Positions 47,013 through 55,771 are shown, numbered from the stretch's first letter. The stretch is 64,000 nucleotides of DNA from an uncultured Christensenella sp. (GCA_964620655.1 CAZUJW010000001.1:20651-84650), one strand, 5' to 3'. Made by a program: numbers and translations. Notes: generated by a model not told the origin, from the letters alone.

Positions 47013-47087
47013 GGCGCCATAGCCAAGTGGTAAGGCAAAGGTCTGCAACACCTCTATTCTCCAGTCCGAATCTGGATGGCGCCTCCA
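47013..47087 (+). tRNA. tRNA-Cys (anticodon GCA), CCA encoded
   Basis: Acceptor ggcgcca/tggcgcc, anticodon loop ctGCAac, T arm tccag-tccgaat-ctgga. Confidence 0.9.
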
Positions 47088-47092
47088 ATTTT

Positions 47093-47179
47093 GCCGTTGT
47101 GGCGGAATAGGCAGACGCAAGGGACTTAAAATCCCTCGATAGCAATATCGTACCGGTTCGACCCCGGTCAACGGCACCA
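47093..47179 (+). tRNA. tRNA-Leu (anticodon UAA), type II long variable arm, CCA encoded
   Basis: Acceptor gccgttg/caacggc, anticodon loop ctTAAaa, long variable arm, T arm ccgg-ttcgacc-ccgg. Confidence 0.9.
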
Positions 47180-47191
47180 CAAAATTGAGAC

Positions 47192-47214
47192 GAACGGAAG
47201 CACCGTTCTTTTTT
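47192..47214 (+). terminator. Rho-independent terminator after the tRNA cluster
   Basis: gaacgg-aagca-ccgttc followed by TTTTTT. Confidence 0.6.
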
Positions 47215-47266
47215 ATATGTTGAGTATAAAGAGCATAGGCGGCTACAGCCGAAAACGGAGATTATT

Positions 47267-47584
47267 ATGACGAAAGACGAAGGCTTTTTCAGACAGGTTT
47301 ACGAAGCGGTAAAGAAAGTGCCGAAAGGCAAAGTTACTACCTACGGGTGCGTAGCCGCTATGATAGGCAGACCGAGAGCCGCACGCTACGTCGGATACGC
47401 CTTACACGTCAATCCGGAACCTATAATAGTCCCTTGTCATCGAGTGGTGAATCGAGAAGGCAGGCTGTCGGGCGGATTCGCTTTCGGCGGACCGGAAGCG
47501 CAGAAAGGTCTGTTGGAAAGAGAAGGCGTAAAAGTAACAGACGACAAGGTTGACCTTGCCGTCTATCTGTGGAACGGAAAATGA
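47267..47584 (+). CDS. MGMT-family protein (single-domain methylated-DNA--protein-cysteine methyltransferase-like)
   Basis: Active-site-type PCHRVV motif with an HTH (TYGCVAAMIG). 105 aa. It has only the C-terminal MGMT domain. Confidence 0.8.
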   Translation: MTKDEGFFRQVYEAVKKVPKGKVTTYGCVAAMIGRPRAARYVGYALHVNPEPIIVPCHRVVNREGRLSGGFAFGGPEAQKGLLEREGVKVTDDKVDLAVYLWNGK

Positions 47585-47633
47585 TACGCCGCTAAGAAAT
47601 AGGGCGTGACAAAAGGAGAATTTTTCCGTCGTC

Positions 47634-48941
47634 TTATTTAAGCCCTATTATTTTTATTGCGGAATATTCGTAGAATGCGGAATTATACGCTATTCCGTAA
47701 GTACCGTTCGGGTAGACTAACAACGTAGCGTTGTCGGTAGCGTCGTGATAGACAGTTTCCGAACCGCTTTCGCTTATTTTAATCGTAATCAATTTACCGT
47801 CGCCGTCGGACGTTAAAAGGGTGAACCCGTCCGAGCCGAACGCTCTGTCATAAATTTTCGATATAGCGGTAGAAGTTTTGTTTAAGGAATAGGACAAAGT
47901 CAGGTTGGTTTTTACCGTCACTATACCGCTTATTCCGCCCGTAAGACAAAGGTATGCGTTGGTTTCGTCCGCTCCGTATCCAATAAGAGCAGCCGAACCT
48001 ATTTTTTTACGGTCGGAAGCCGACTGCGAAAGGTCGGAATAAAATTTCCGTATATATAATCCATTGTCGCTTTCGGCGGCGAGATAAATTTGCTTGCCGT
48101 TTTCAACAAAAGGAATAATGCACTTAAGCGTAGCCGATGATACAAATATCGTTTTTATTACTGTAAAATCGGTTTTCGATAGATCGCTTATTTCGTACCC
48201 GTCGGTAGAGTTGTGGAAGATCTTGAAATACGTTCCGAAGTCGAACACGTCCACTATTTCGCCGAGAGCAAAGGACGAAAATTCAAAACCGTCTTTGCCC
48301 GATTTTAATACGAAAGTTTCTTGTCCGTTGTCGATAAACACAAGGTAACAATCGTTAAGGGAGAATATTTTCGCGCTGTCGGCGTAAGGTACGGCTTCCG
48401 TTGTCGTTTCGTTCAGGTTATAGTCGGTTACTGTCACAAATAAGTATGATTTAGTATCGTCGGCTACAATTACAACGATGCCGTCGTTAGTTAAGTTGGA
48501 CGTGACGTAAGAGTAGGCGCAGCTATTTTGAAGACTAATAGACTTTTCGATATTGCCGATAGAATCGGTCTTTACAATGCCTACGGTTTTTTTCTTGCCG
48601 GCTACGTCGCCCGATTTGCAGTCGGTTTCCGCTATTATATACGTTGCGGATACGGTCTGTAATGCCGCCGCAAGTCTTACGTTGCCGTTTCCGCAGATGG
48701 TCTGTTCGAAGAGATAGCGTTCTGACGGCGAAGAGCTTTTCGGCAAGGTCTGCGAGTAGAAAGGTTTTTCCTGCTTGTCGTCGGGACTTATAGGCGTAAC
48801 CTTCGACGTTTCTTCTAATCGGTCGTCGGTTATCGTTTCGTCCTTTTTCGGAGCGAAAGCCGCTATCGACAGAATTATGATTGCCGCAAGCAAAATTACG
48901 GCGAGTATTCCGACCGTGTGTTTTTTTACAAAGTTTTTCAT
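47634..48941 (-). CDS. Membrane-anchored hypothetical protein with a beta-rich extracytoplasmic domain, no recognisable family
   Basis: 435-aa ORF with a GAGGTG SD, a single N-terminal TM (ILAVILLAAIIILSIAAF), and a Ser/Thr/Asp/Gly-rich remainder with alternating hydrophobic patterns. Confidence 0.5.
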   Translation of the reverse strand: MKNFVKKHTVGILAVILLAAIIILSIAAFAPKKDETITDDRLEETSKVTPISPDDKQEKPFYSQTLPKSSSPSERYLFEQTICGNGNVRLAAALQTVSATYIIAETDCKSGDVAGKKKTVGIVKTDSIGNIEKSISLQNSCAYSYVTSNLTNDGIVVIVADDTKSYLFVTVTDYNLNETTTEAVPYADSAKIFSLNDCYLVFIDNGQETFVLKSGKDGFEFSSFALGEIVDVFDFGTYFKIFHNSTDGYEISDLSKTDFTVIKTIFVSSATLKCIIPFVENGKQIYLAAESDNGLYIRKFYSDLSQSASDRKKIGSAALIGYGADETNAYLCLTGGISGIVTVKTNLTLSYSLNKTSTAISKIYDRAFGSDGFTLLTSDGDGKLITIKISESGSETVYHDATDNATLLVYPNGTYGIAYNSAFYEYSAIKIIGLK

Positions 48942-49081
48942 CGTATCACCTCGTAAACGATGATACGACTTTTCCGTAAAAAGGTTATTTCAATCGCAAA
49001 AGTAGTCAAATAAAAACAAAATTAATCCGTTTTCGACACGCTCTCCATAATCTTTGAACGAGCAGACAAAACGCCCGTTTT

Positions 49082-50098
49082 TTAACAGAATTTTTCTATC
49101 TCGTCTACGATAAGTTTTACAGCGTCTGCGGCGTAAAAAGTCGGGTTGTCGTTTCTTTTTGCATTGCTTATAGCGGCGATAAGTGAGTCTATCGTAAGTT
49201 CGTTTTGCGGAAGAATTTCAAAATATCCGCGTTTTTTATACGATTTCGCATTGTCCAACTGGTCTCCGCGGGAAGCCCCTTTCGGCAAAGGAATTATTAC
49301 GGCGGGTTTATTGAGAGCGGCGAGTTCGGACAGTGCGTTCGCTCCGCCTCTCGATACCGCTACGTCGCACAGGGCGAACAGGTCGGCTATATCCGAAGTA
49401 TACCGAATTTGGTAATAATCTTTACGTTCTTTCGTAAAATCGCCGTTTTTGCCCGCAATATGGATAATATTGTATCTTTTGGTCAGTTTGTCGAGTCCGT
49501 CATAAACTACTTCGTTGATTTTCGTCGCTCCCGAACTGCCGCCGAATATAAGGACGGTTTTTTTATTCGGATTTATCTGATAAAGACTTCTCGCTTTGAA
49601 TTTGTTTCCGCAAAGAATTTCTCTGCGGATGGGATTACCTACGCATTTTCCGCCAGTTTCAGGAAAAGACGTCAGCGTCGTTGCGGCGAATTTTTTTATA
49701 ATCTTGTTGGCTAAACCGAAAGAATAGTCGCTTTCGTGCACGACTACGGGTACGGAAAGTTTTTTTGCGGCAAAGCAGGTCGGAAGAGAAGCGTAGCCGC
49801 CTTTTGCGAACACTACGTCGGGCTTTACGAAACCGAAAATTTCTTCCGCTTCTACTGTCCCTTTAATGAGTTTTGCGGGGATTTTCAGGTTGTTAAACGG
49901 ATTTTTTCTGTCGAATTTAACCACGTTTACCGAATAAAAAGGAATCCCGCTAGCACAAACTAAGTCCTTTTCCATACCGTCGCCGCCGATAAAAACCGCA
50001 TTTATATTCCGTTTTTTCAGTTCTGGCAGAAGGGCGAGAGACGGAATAACGTGTCCCGCCGTGCCGCCGCCCGTTAAAATTACCGTTTTTATACGCAC
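49082..50098 (-). CDS. murG: UDP-N-acetylglucosamine--N-acetylmuramyl-(pentapeptide) pyrophosphoryl-undecaprenol GlcNAc transferase
   Basis: N-terminal GGGTAGHVIPSLAL and C-terminal GT28 motifs. The start is set at GTG 50098 (VRIKTVILTGGGTAGH) because the 37 extra track residues look non-coding. The exact start is uncertain. Confidence 0.85.
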   Translation of the reverse strand: MRIKTVILTGGGTAGHVIPSLALLPELKKRNINAVFIGGDGMEKDLVCASGIPFYSVNVVKFDRKNPFNNLKIPAKLIKGTVEAEEIFGFVKPDVVFAKGGYASLPTCFAAKKLSVPVVVHESDYSFGLANKIIKKFAATTLTSFPETGGKCVGNPIRREILCGNKFKARSLYQINPNKKTVLIFGGSSGATKINEVVYDGLDKLTKRYNIIHIAGKNGDFTKERKDYYQIRYTSDIADLFALCDVAVSRGGANALSELAALNKPAVIIPLPKGASRGDQLDNAKSYKKRGYFEILPQNELTIDSLIAAISNAKRNDNPTFYAADAVKLIVDEIEKFC

Positions 50099-50219
50099 CC
50101 CCGTAGTTACGTTATATGTTATTTTCAAATTTTTCGTTTTGATACCGTTTGCCGAAAATATTCTTGAAAATTTCTGAAAAAGCCGAAAATATTTGCAAAA
50201 AATTTGCAAAAAAAAGGGG

Positions 50220-50248
50220 TTGAAATGTGTTAAGTCTAATGTTATAAT
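50220..50248 (+). promoter_or_regulatory. Sigma-A-like promoter
   Basis: TTGAAA, 17-nt spacer, TATAAT. Confidence 0.5.
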
Positions 50249-50281
50249 ATATTATATTTTATGTAATGGAGATTCTTTGCT

Positions 50282-51196
50282 ATGAAACAATTATATTTGA
50301 AAGCGTTTGACGATACCGATATAGGTATAGATCTTTGGGACGAAGTCGAAAATCCCGTAGGATGCGTGCAGATTGCGCACGGTATGGCGGAACATCCCGA
50401 TCGTTACGACGAATTCGCAAGATTTCTTAACGCAAGGGGATATATCGTAGCCGCCGACGACCACAGGGGACACAGAAGGGGTGCGATTAACGGACAAAAC
50501 GGTATGACTTACGGCGATAGTTGGAATCAGACTCTTGAAGACATGAACACCTTGTGCGATTATTTGAAGACCACCTACAATAAGGGCGTTTTCCTTATCG
50601 GTCACAGCTACGGAAGTTTCCTTTCGCAAAGGTTTATAGAACTTCACAGCGACAAGCTCGAAGGAGCGATTTTAAGCGGAACCGCTCATATGAAGAACGC
50701 TCTCGTCGCTTCCGGTAAACTTATCGCAAATATTCAGGCGTTTTTCGTAGGCGAAGACAAACCCGGCAAACTTATCAATAAATTGAGCTTCGGCAATTAC
50801 AACAAACCTTTCGCCGACCAGGGACAGGAATTTGCGTGGCTTTCGAGAGATAAAGAACAAGTGGCGAAATACGAAGCCGACCCCGACTGCGGATACGTTC
50901 TTTGCATCGGATACTATCTTAGCTTTTTCCGTGGCGTTATGAAAATGTACGGAGCGGACGCCAAGACCATTTCTCCCGATTTCAAACTTATGATAGCGGT
51001 AGGGAGCGACGACCCCGTCAGTAACCGTTCTGTTTTGGCGACGAAACTCAATAACTTCTATCTCGGTCTCGGACTTAAACCCGAATTTAAGGTTTATCCC
51101 GGAGCAAGACACGAAATCCTTAACGAAACCAATAAAGACGAAGTTTACCTTGATTTTGCAAAATTCGTAGACTCCGCTTTTCACGTCGGAGAATAA
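50282..51196 (+). CDS. Alpha/beta hydrolase (lysophospholipase/monoacylglycerol-lipase-like)
   Basis: HG oxyanion region (IAHGMAEH), nucleophile elbow GHSYGS and C-terminal GARHEI. 304 aa. Confidence 0.8.
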   Translation: MKQLYLKAFDDTDIGIDLWDEVENPVGCVQIAHGMAEHPDRYDEFARFLNARGYIVAADDHRGHRRGAINGQNGMTYGDSWNQTLEDMNTLCDYLKTTYNKGVFLIGHSYGSFLSQRFIELHSDKLEGAILSGTAHMKNALVASGKLIANIQAFFVGEDKPGKLINKLSFGNYNKPFADQGQEFAWLSRDKEQVAKYEADPDCGYVLCIGYYLSFFRGVMKMYGADAKTISPDFKLMIAVGSDDPVSNRSVLATKLNNFYLGLGLKPEFKVYPGARHEILNETNKDEVYLDFAKFVDSAFHVGE

Positions 51197-51199
51197 TAT

Positions 51200-53035
51200 A
51201 TGAAAAAAACAATAAGAATTATCCTTGCAGTGTTTATCGTGGCTATCCTTGCTTTCACGGCGACGGCTTGTAAGGATAAAAATAACGACGAGATAACCGT
51301 TTACCCTGCGGAAACGAAACATATTTCCACCGTGGAAGATTTGGTGAATGTAAAAAACTATCTCGGAGAATCTTACAAGAATTTTACTTTCGTTCTCGAT
51401 AACGATATAGACTTAGGGGCGATAGAAGCGTGGACTCCGATAGGAGAAACCATTAACGAAGCCTTTTACGGCACGTTCGACGGCAACGGCAAGAGCATAA
51501 CCAACGTAAAGTTTAACGGTTGGAATGCCGACGGCACGCCCGTACTCGACTTGCTCGGCAAAGATAAAGGCTTGGAAAACACTGCGTCCTTCTCGACGCT
51601 CGCTTTGTTCGGGTACGTCCAATCGGCTACTTTCAAGAACCTGTCGGTCAAGAACGTTAATTTCAATTACTACGCCGACGACGGGTACTGCTACGTTTCG
51701 GGGCTCGTCGCATACAGTGCCGGCGAGAGCGTTTATGAAAATATTTCCGTAGACGGAACTATAAATTTCAACAACACTTATAAAAAGTCCAACGCTTACA
51801 ACGATAAGGGCGAAAGACAGGGCAGCGTGTACGGTAACGATGTCACCGTTTACGCAGGCGGAGTGAACGCGTACAGCAACGGAAACGCGATATTTAAGAA
51901 CGTAGAGTCCGCCGTCGATTTCAATAACGACTATACGCGCGCATACTTATATAATAAGGATAATGCCGAACCCGAAGAGATAAAAGAAGGTTCCGTCGAA
52001 GAAAAATATATCGTATTTGGCGACAGAAGTTACGGAGCGGCGGCAGCTTCTCAGATTTTCGTAGGCGGCGTGTGCGGAGTAATAAAGGGCGGACAAATCG
52101 TCGAATCTTCTTATTCCGGCAAGTGCAATATCTACGGTAAGAGCGTTTACGTCGGCGGAATAGCTGCTGCCGGATATAACGGAAACATAAAAAATTCCGT
52201 CGCCACCGATATTACCGTAAATACCGGCGTACACGTTAAGAGTTCGGTTGCAGGAGTCATTGCTCTTGCGGATAACTGCGTAGTGACCGACGATACTGCC
52301 AAGAAGATAGTTGCTAATTCCACTCATTATTCCAACGCACAGTCCATGAGCGTGGGCGGCGTATTCGCTTTTGCGTGTAACGCTTCCGAAATTAAGGGCG
52401 GCAAGGTGGAAAATATCGAAGCCACCGTTGGATACCAAAGCGCAATGGTCGGCGGCGTGGGCGGCGTATTGAGGGACGCCAAACTTTCCGATTCTTCCTG
52501 CGATTCGGCTAAGTTCAGAATGAACGGCAGCGGCATCACGAGAGAAATCTGCGATACGGCTTTCGCTTCAGTAGTAAATTCTGTTTATAACAACTCCGTT
52601 CTGACGTTAAAAGAGGGTGCCGTGTCGAATGTTACGGCGACTTATTACAATCAGGGTAAGGAAGAAGTGTATACCGTTGAGAATTCTTACAGCAATACGA
52701 ATTCCACTTCATACGTCGACGAAAACGGTAAACCGGGAGTAAGATTTTTCGAAGTCGGCAGAACCGATAAGTTCGTGTACGTTTTCGGGACCCTTGAAGA
52801 CGGCGCGCTCAAAATATCTATATATAACGAAGAACTCAATCTTATTACCGAAGCTACTTACGGCAGAATCGAAGGTTATGAAGACGGCAATAATCTCGCC
52901 GAAAAATACAAAGACGTATACTTTACCGCAGGAAGCGGCTTTAACGCTCCCACAAGCGGCAGCGTCGCGATAGACGGCAGAGATATGACGAAGTACGAAT
53001 ACAGAAGCGGCGAGCCGTCGGTTCCCGCTAAATAA
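51200..53035 (+). CDS. Surface lipoprotein with GLUG-motif repeats
   Basis: Lipobox AFTATAC|K. FYGTFDGNGKSITNV entry motif, then recurrent xxGGhxxx units (YAGGVNAY, FVGGVCGV, YVGGIAAA, SVGGVFAF, MVGGVGGV). It starts 3 nt after the hydrolase stop. Confidence 0.65.
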   Translation: MKKTIRIILAVFIVAILAFTATACKDKNNDEITVYPAETKHISTVEDLVNVKNYLGESYKNFTFVLDNDIDLGAIEAWTPIGETINEAFYGTFDGNGKSITNVKFNGWNADGTPVLDLLGKDKGLENTASFSTLALFGYVQSATFKNLSVKNVNFNYYADDGYCYVSGLVAYSAGESVYENISVDGTINFNNTYKKSNAYNDKGERQGSVYGNDVTVYAGGVNAYSNGNAIFKNVESAVDFNNDYTRAYLYNKDNAEPEEIKEGSVEEKYIVFGDRSYGAAAASQIFVGGVCGVIKGGQIVESSYSGKCNIYGKSVYVGGIAAAGYNGNIKNSVATDITVNTGVHVKSSVAGVIALADNCVVTDDTAKKIVANSTHYSNAQSMSVGGVFAFACNASEIKGGKVENIEATVGYQSAMVGGVGGVLRDAKLSDSSCDSAKFRMNGSGITREICDTAFASVVNSVYNNSVLTLKEGAVSNVTATYYNQGKEEVYTVENSYSNTNSTSYVDENGKPGVRFFEVGRTDKFVYVFGTLEDGALKISIYNEELNLITEATYGRIEGYEDGNNLAEKYKDVYFTAGSGFNAPTSGSVAIDGRDMTKYEYRSGEPSVPAK

Positions 53036-53081
53036 AATTTCGTAAATTTCCGAACCGAAGAAGAAAAGTTTGCGAAAAAAT

Positions 53082-53144
53082 GATAAATTCCCAAAGAAAA
53101 TTCCACTTTAAATCCTGCTGTGGAATTTTCTTTGGGAATTTATC
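53082..53144. repeat. Hairpin family B, copy B1 (perfect 25-bp stem, 13-nt loop)
   Basis: gataaattcccaaagaaaattccac / gtggaattttctttgggaatttatc are exact reverse complements. There is an A-run on the left flank and no T-run on the right. Confidence 0.7.
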
Positions 53145-53181
53145 GCAATGGGCATAGGATACTCCGAAAGTTCTATTTTGC

Positions 53182-53210
53182 TTGACCTTGCGACTAAATA
53201 TTGATATAAT
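53182..53210 (+). promoter_or_regulatory. Sigma-A-like promoter
   Basis: TTGACC, 17-nt spacer, TATAAT. Confidence 0.5.
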
Positions 53211-53252
53211 GTATACAAATTTATTTTATACATATAAGGAGAATTTTTTCTT

Positions 53253-54362
53253 ATGCCGAAAGTTGTATTAGACTGGAAAACAGCAGCTGATTTTGTTACC
53301 GACGCGTTCGTAGGCGTGGGAGTACCCCGTGAAGACGCGGAAATTTGTACCGACGTTTTGCTCGAATCCGACAGACGCGGTATCGAATCCCACGGTTGCA
53401 ATCGTTTCAAACCTATTTATATAGATCGTATCAACGACGGTATCCAAAACCCCGTTACCAATTTCGAAATCGTTAAAGAAACCGAAACCACCGCAGTGGT
53501 AGACGGACACGACGGTATGGGTCAGGTAATCGGATACAAGTCGATGAAACTCGCTATCGAAAAAGCTAAAAAGTACGGTATGGGTATGGTAGTCGTTCGT
53601 AACTCCTGCCACTACGGTATTGCGGGTTACTATCCCACAATGGCATGCAAAGAAGGTTGCATCGGTATCACCGGTACCAACGCTCGTCCTTCCGTCGCTC
53701 CTACTTTCGGCGTCGAAGGTATGTTCGGAACCAACCCCCTTACCATCGGCATTCCTACCGACGAAGAATTCGACTTCCTTATCGACTGCGCTACTTCTAT
53801 TACCCAAAACGGTAAGATTGAATACTACGCAAGGATAGGAGAACCCGTTCACCCCGGTACTATTATCGACATCGACGGTAACCCCGTTGAAGGCGACGCC
53901 GGCGACGCTTTGAAGGCTATCCGTAACGGAACTGCTGCTCTTACCACTCTCGGCGGTATCGGCGAAGCTCTCGGCGGATACAAGGGATACGGATATGCTA
54001 TGGTGGTAGAACTCCTTTCCGCAGTATTGCAGGACGGTATCTACGGCAAAGACCTTAACGGTAAGAACGAAAAGGGTGAAAAGATACCTTATCATCTCGG
54101 TCACTTCTTCATCGCTATCGACACCAACCACTTCCTCGGAGAAGAGCTCTGCCGTAAGAAAGCGGGCGAAATTATCCGTTCCGTACGCGCTTCCAAGAAA
54201 GCACCCGGCTGCGACCATATTTTCTCCGCAGGCGAAAAAGAATGGAACGTATGGCAGTCCAGAAAGGACAGCGGCGTACCCATAAACGAAGCCGTTCAGA
54301 AAGAAATGAGCAAGGTTCGCGACGACCTTAAATTGAAATACGTATTCCCGTGGGAAAAATAG
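53253..54362 (+). CDS. Ldh_2-family (malate/L-lactate/ureidoglycolate-type) NAD(P)H-dependent oxidoreductase
   Basis: N-terminal SDRRGIESHGCNRF motif characteristic of the Ldh_2 family. 369 aa. Confidence 0.85.
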   Translation: MPKVVLDWKTAADFVTDAFVGVGVPREDAEICTDVLLESDRRGIESHGCNRFKPIYIDRINDGIQNPVTNFEIVKETETTAVVDGHDGMGQVIGYKSMKLAIEKAKKYGMGMVVVRNSCHYGIAGYYPTMACKEGCIGITGTNARPSVAPTFGVEGMFGTNPLTIGIPTDEEFDFLIDCATSITQNGKIEYYARIGEPVHPGTIIDIDGNPVEGDAGDALKAIRNGTAALTTLGGIGEALGGYKGYGYAMVVELLSAVLQDGIYGKDLNGKNEKGEKIPYHLGHFFIAIDTNHFLGEELCRKKAGEIIRSVRASKKAPGCDHIFSAGEKEWNVWQSRKDSGVPINEAVQKEMSKVRDDLKLKYVFPWEK

Positions 54363-54432
54363 TCGATAATATCGATTAGTATCGAAAACTTATGTCCCGC
54401 CGACGATAAGCCGACGGGACGTAACGAATTAT

Positions 54433-55344
54433 ATGGCAAACAGACGATTCAGAAATAACAAGAAACCTTTCGTAAAAAACGATTATAATCCGCCTTATCC
54501 CGCCGAACTTATGGCGGAATCGGTGGATACGTTGAAATTACGCGAAGAGACAGCAAATCTTTTGAAAACCGCAGGCATAAGCACTCTACGAGACCTTGCC
54601 GTGCGCGAAGAAAAGGATTTTTATCGCATACACACTTTCAATAAAAAGAACCTTCTCGACGTAAAGAACGCTTTACGTGCGAAAAAAGTGGCGATAAAAC
54701 CCACGCCCGAAGTTAAACCCGCGACGGAAAACGCAGGACAGGACAATAAAAAACCCGACAATAAACAAGAGCAGGGCAAAAAATATTTGCAAAGACCGCA
54801 GAATAACGGAGACAGACGCAACGGAAAAGAAAACGCCGAAAAAGATAAATACGGGCTAAACTCCGATTTCGTTATGACCACTCATCCGCAAAGACCGCCC
54901 CGTCCGAAGACCGTCCCCGTCAAGGAAGAACACGATATCTACGTCAAGGTAAACAAAGGCGGCAAGTGGGGCTTTAAGGACAGAAACGGAAAACAAGTGG
55001 TAGAACCCGTTTACGACGAAGTTTTTAGCTATAAAGAAAACGTTTGTTGCGTGGAAAAGGATGAAAGGTTCGGGTACATCAACAGAGAAGGCGAGCTGAT
55101 CATACCGTTGATTTACGACTGTGCGACTTCTTTCTCCGAAGGTTACGCCTGCGTATATAAACGCGAAAAATGCGGTTATATCGATATGAATAACGAAACC
55201 GTAGTAGAATTTACTTTCGATGCCGGCACACCCGTATCGGACGGCGAATGCCGCGTAAAACGCGACGGGAAATGGGGCGAAATGCACATAGCAAAGAATG
55301 AAAACGGCGGGGTATCGGTAAGCGAAATAAGATGGATAACTTAA
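54433..55344 (+). CDS. Fusion protein: RNA polymerase alpha-CTD-like HhH domain, a basic low-complexity linker, and WG (KWG-type) repeats
   Basis: SVDTLKLREETANLLKTAGISTLRDLAVREEKDFYRIHTFNKKNLLDVKNAL resembles the RpoA C-terminal domain. C-terminal units are GKWGFKDRNGKQVVEPVYD, ERFGYINREGELIIPLIYD, EKCGYIDMNNETVVEFTFD and GKWGEM. Confidence 0.7.
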   Translation: MANRRFRNNKKPFVKNDYNPPYPAELMAESVDTLKLREETANLLKTAGISTLRDLAVREEKDFYRIHTFNKKNLLDVKNALRAKKVAIKPTPEVKPATENAGQDNKKPDNKQEQGKKYLQRPQNNGDRRNGKENAEKDKYGLNSDFVMTTHPQRPPRPKTVPVKEEHDIYVKVNKGGKWGFKDRNGKQVVEPVYDEVFSYKENVCCVEKDERFGYINREGELIIPLIYDCATSFSEGYACVYKREKCGYIDMNNETVVEFTFDAGTPVSDGECRVKRDGKWGEMHIAKNENGGVSVSEIRWIT

Positions 55345-55346
55345 TG

Positions 55347-55536
55347 AGCGTTCATATTACGTCTCTTTACGCAGTTAGGAACGCGATATAAATAATCATA
55401 AATAGCAAACTATATTCCGATAACGATAAAAGCGGACGTGAATTTATAGTTCCTTACTGCTTTTGCGAAAGCGTCGGCTACCGTACTTAGTACGCCTACG
55501 CCTAACTTTCACAAAAAATAAACGCAATCTGACCGC
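55347..55536 (+). repeat. Intergenic repeat family U, copy U4 (full length, core at 55461-55516)
   Basis: Same-strand match to U2: gagcgt 5' end, ttacgc, aaagcgga, tagtt, the 56-nt core, and an aaaaaataaacgcaatctgacc 3' end. Coordinates +/-1. Confidence 0.6.
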
Positions 55537-55691
55537 TTATTTACACGTCTTTACGCAGTTAGGAACGCGATATAAATAATCATAAATAGCAAACTATATT
55601 CCGATAAAAATAAAAGCGGACGTGAATTTATAGTTACTTACTGCGTAAAGAGACGCAATATGACTACTTATTTACACGTCTTTACGCAATT
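55537..55691 (+). repeat. Family U, copy U5 (core-less, with 14-16 nt terminal inverted repeats) plus a truncated third unit
   Basis: About 95 nt nearly identical to the U4 body. It ends in actgcgtaaagagacg, the reverse complement of the U4 5' segment cgtctctttacgcagt. It is followed by a repeat of ttatttacacgtctttacgca. Coordinates +/-1. Confidence 0.55.
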
Positions 55692-55700
55692 AAAATATAA

Positions 55701-55737
55701 AAATAAATCCTTGCAAAGCGCAAGGATTTATTTTTTG
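55701..55737. terminator. Bidirectional rho-independent terminator between convergent genes
   Basis: aaatccttgc-N5-gcaaggattt flanked by an A-run and a T-run. Confidence 0.65.
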
Positions 55738-55771
55738 TAAATCGAGTATCAAAACACAATTTTCAGCCGTT

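Noticed and set aside
55318-55345. An apparent 1-nt disagreement between my hand reading of the sequence at about 55321 (gta aag cga...) and the ORF-track translation (...VSVSEIRWIT*), which briefly suggested a frameshift or read-through at the 3' end of the WG-repeat gene.
   Set aside because: Track coordinates on both sides (55287 and 55772) agree with my counting, and the track was computed from the sequence itself. The simplest explanation is my transcription error in an A-run. I kept the track coordinates and flag +/-1 nt uncertainty for hand-derived coordinates in 55321-55770.
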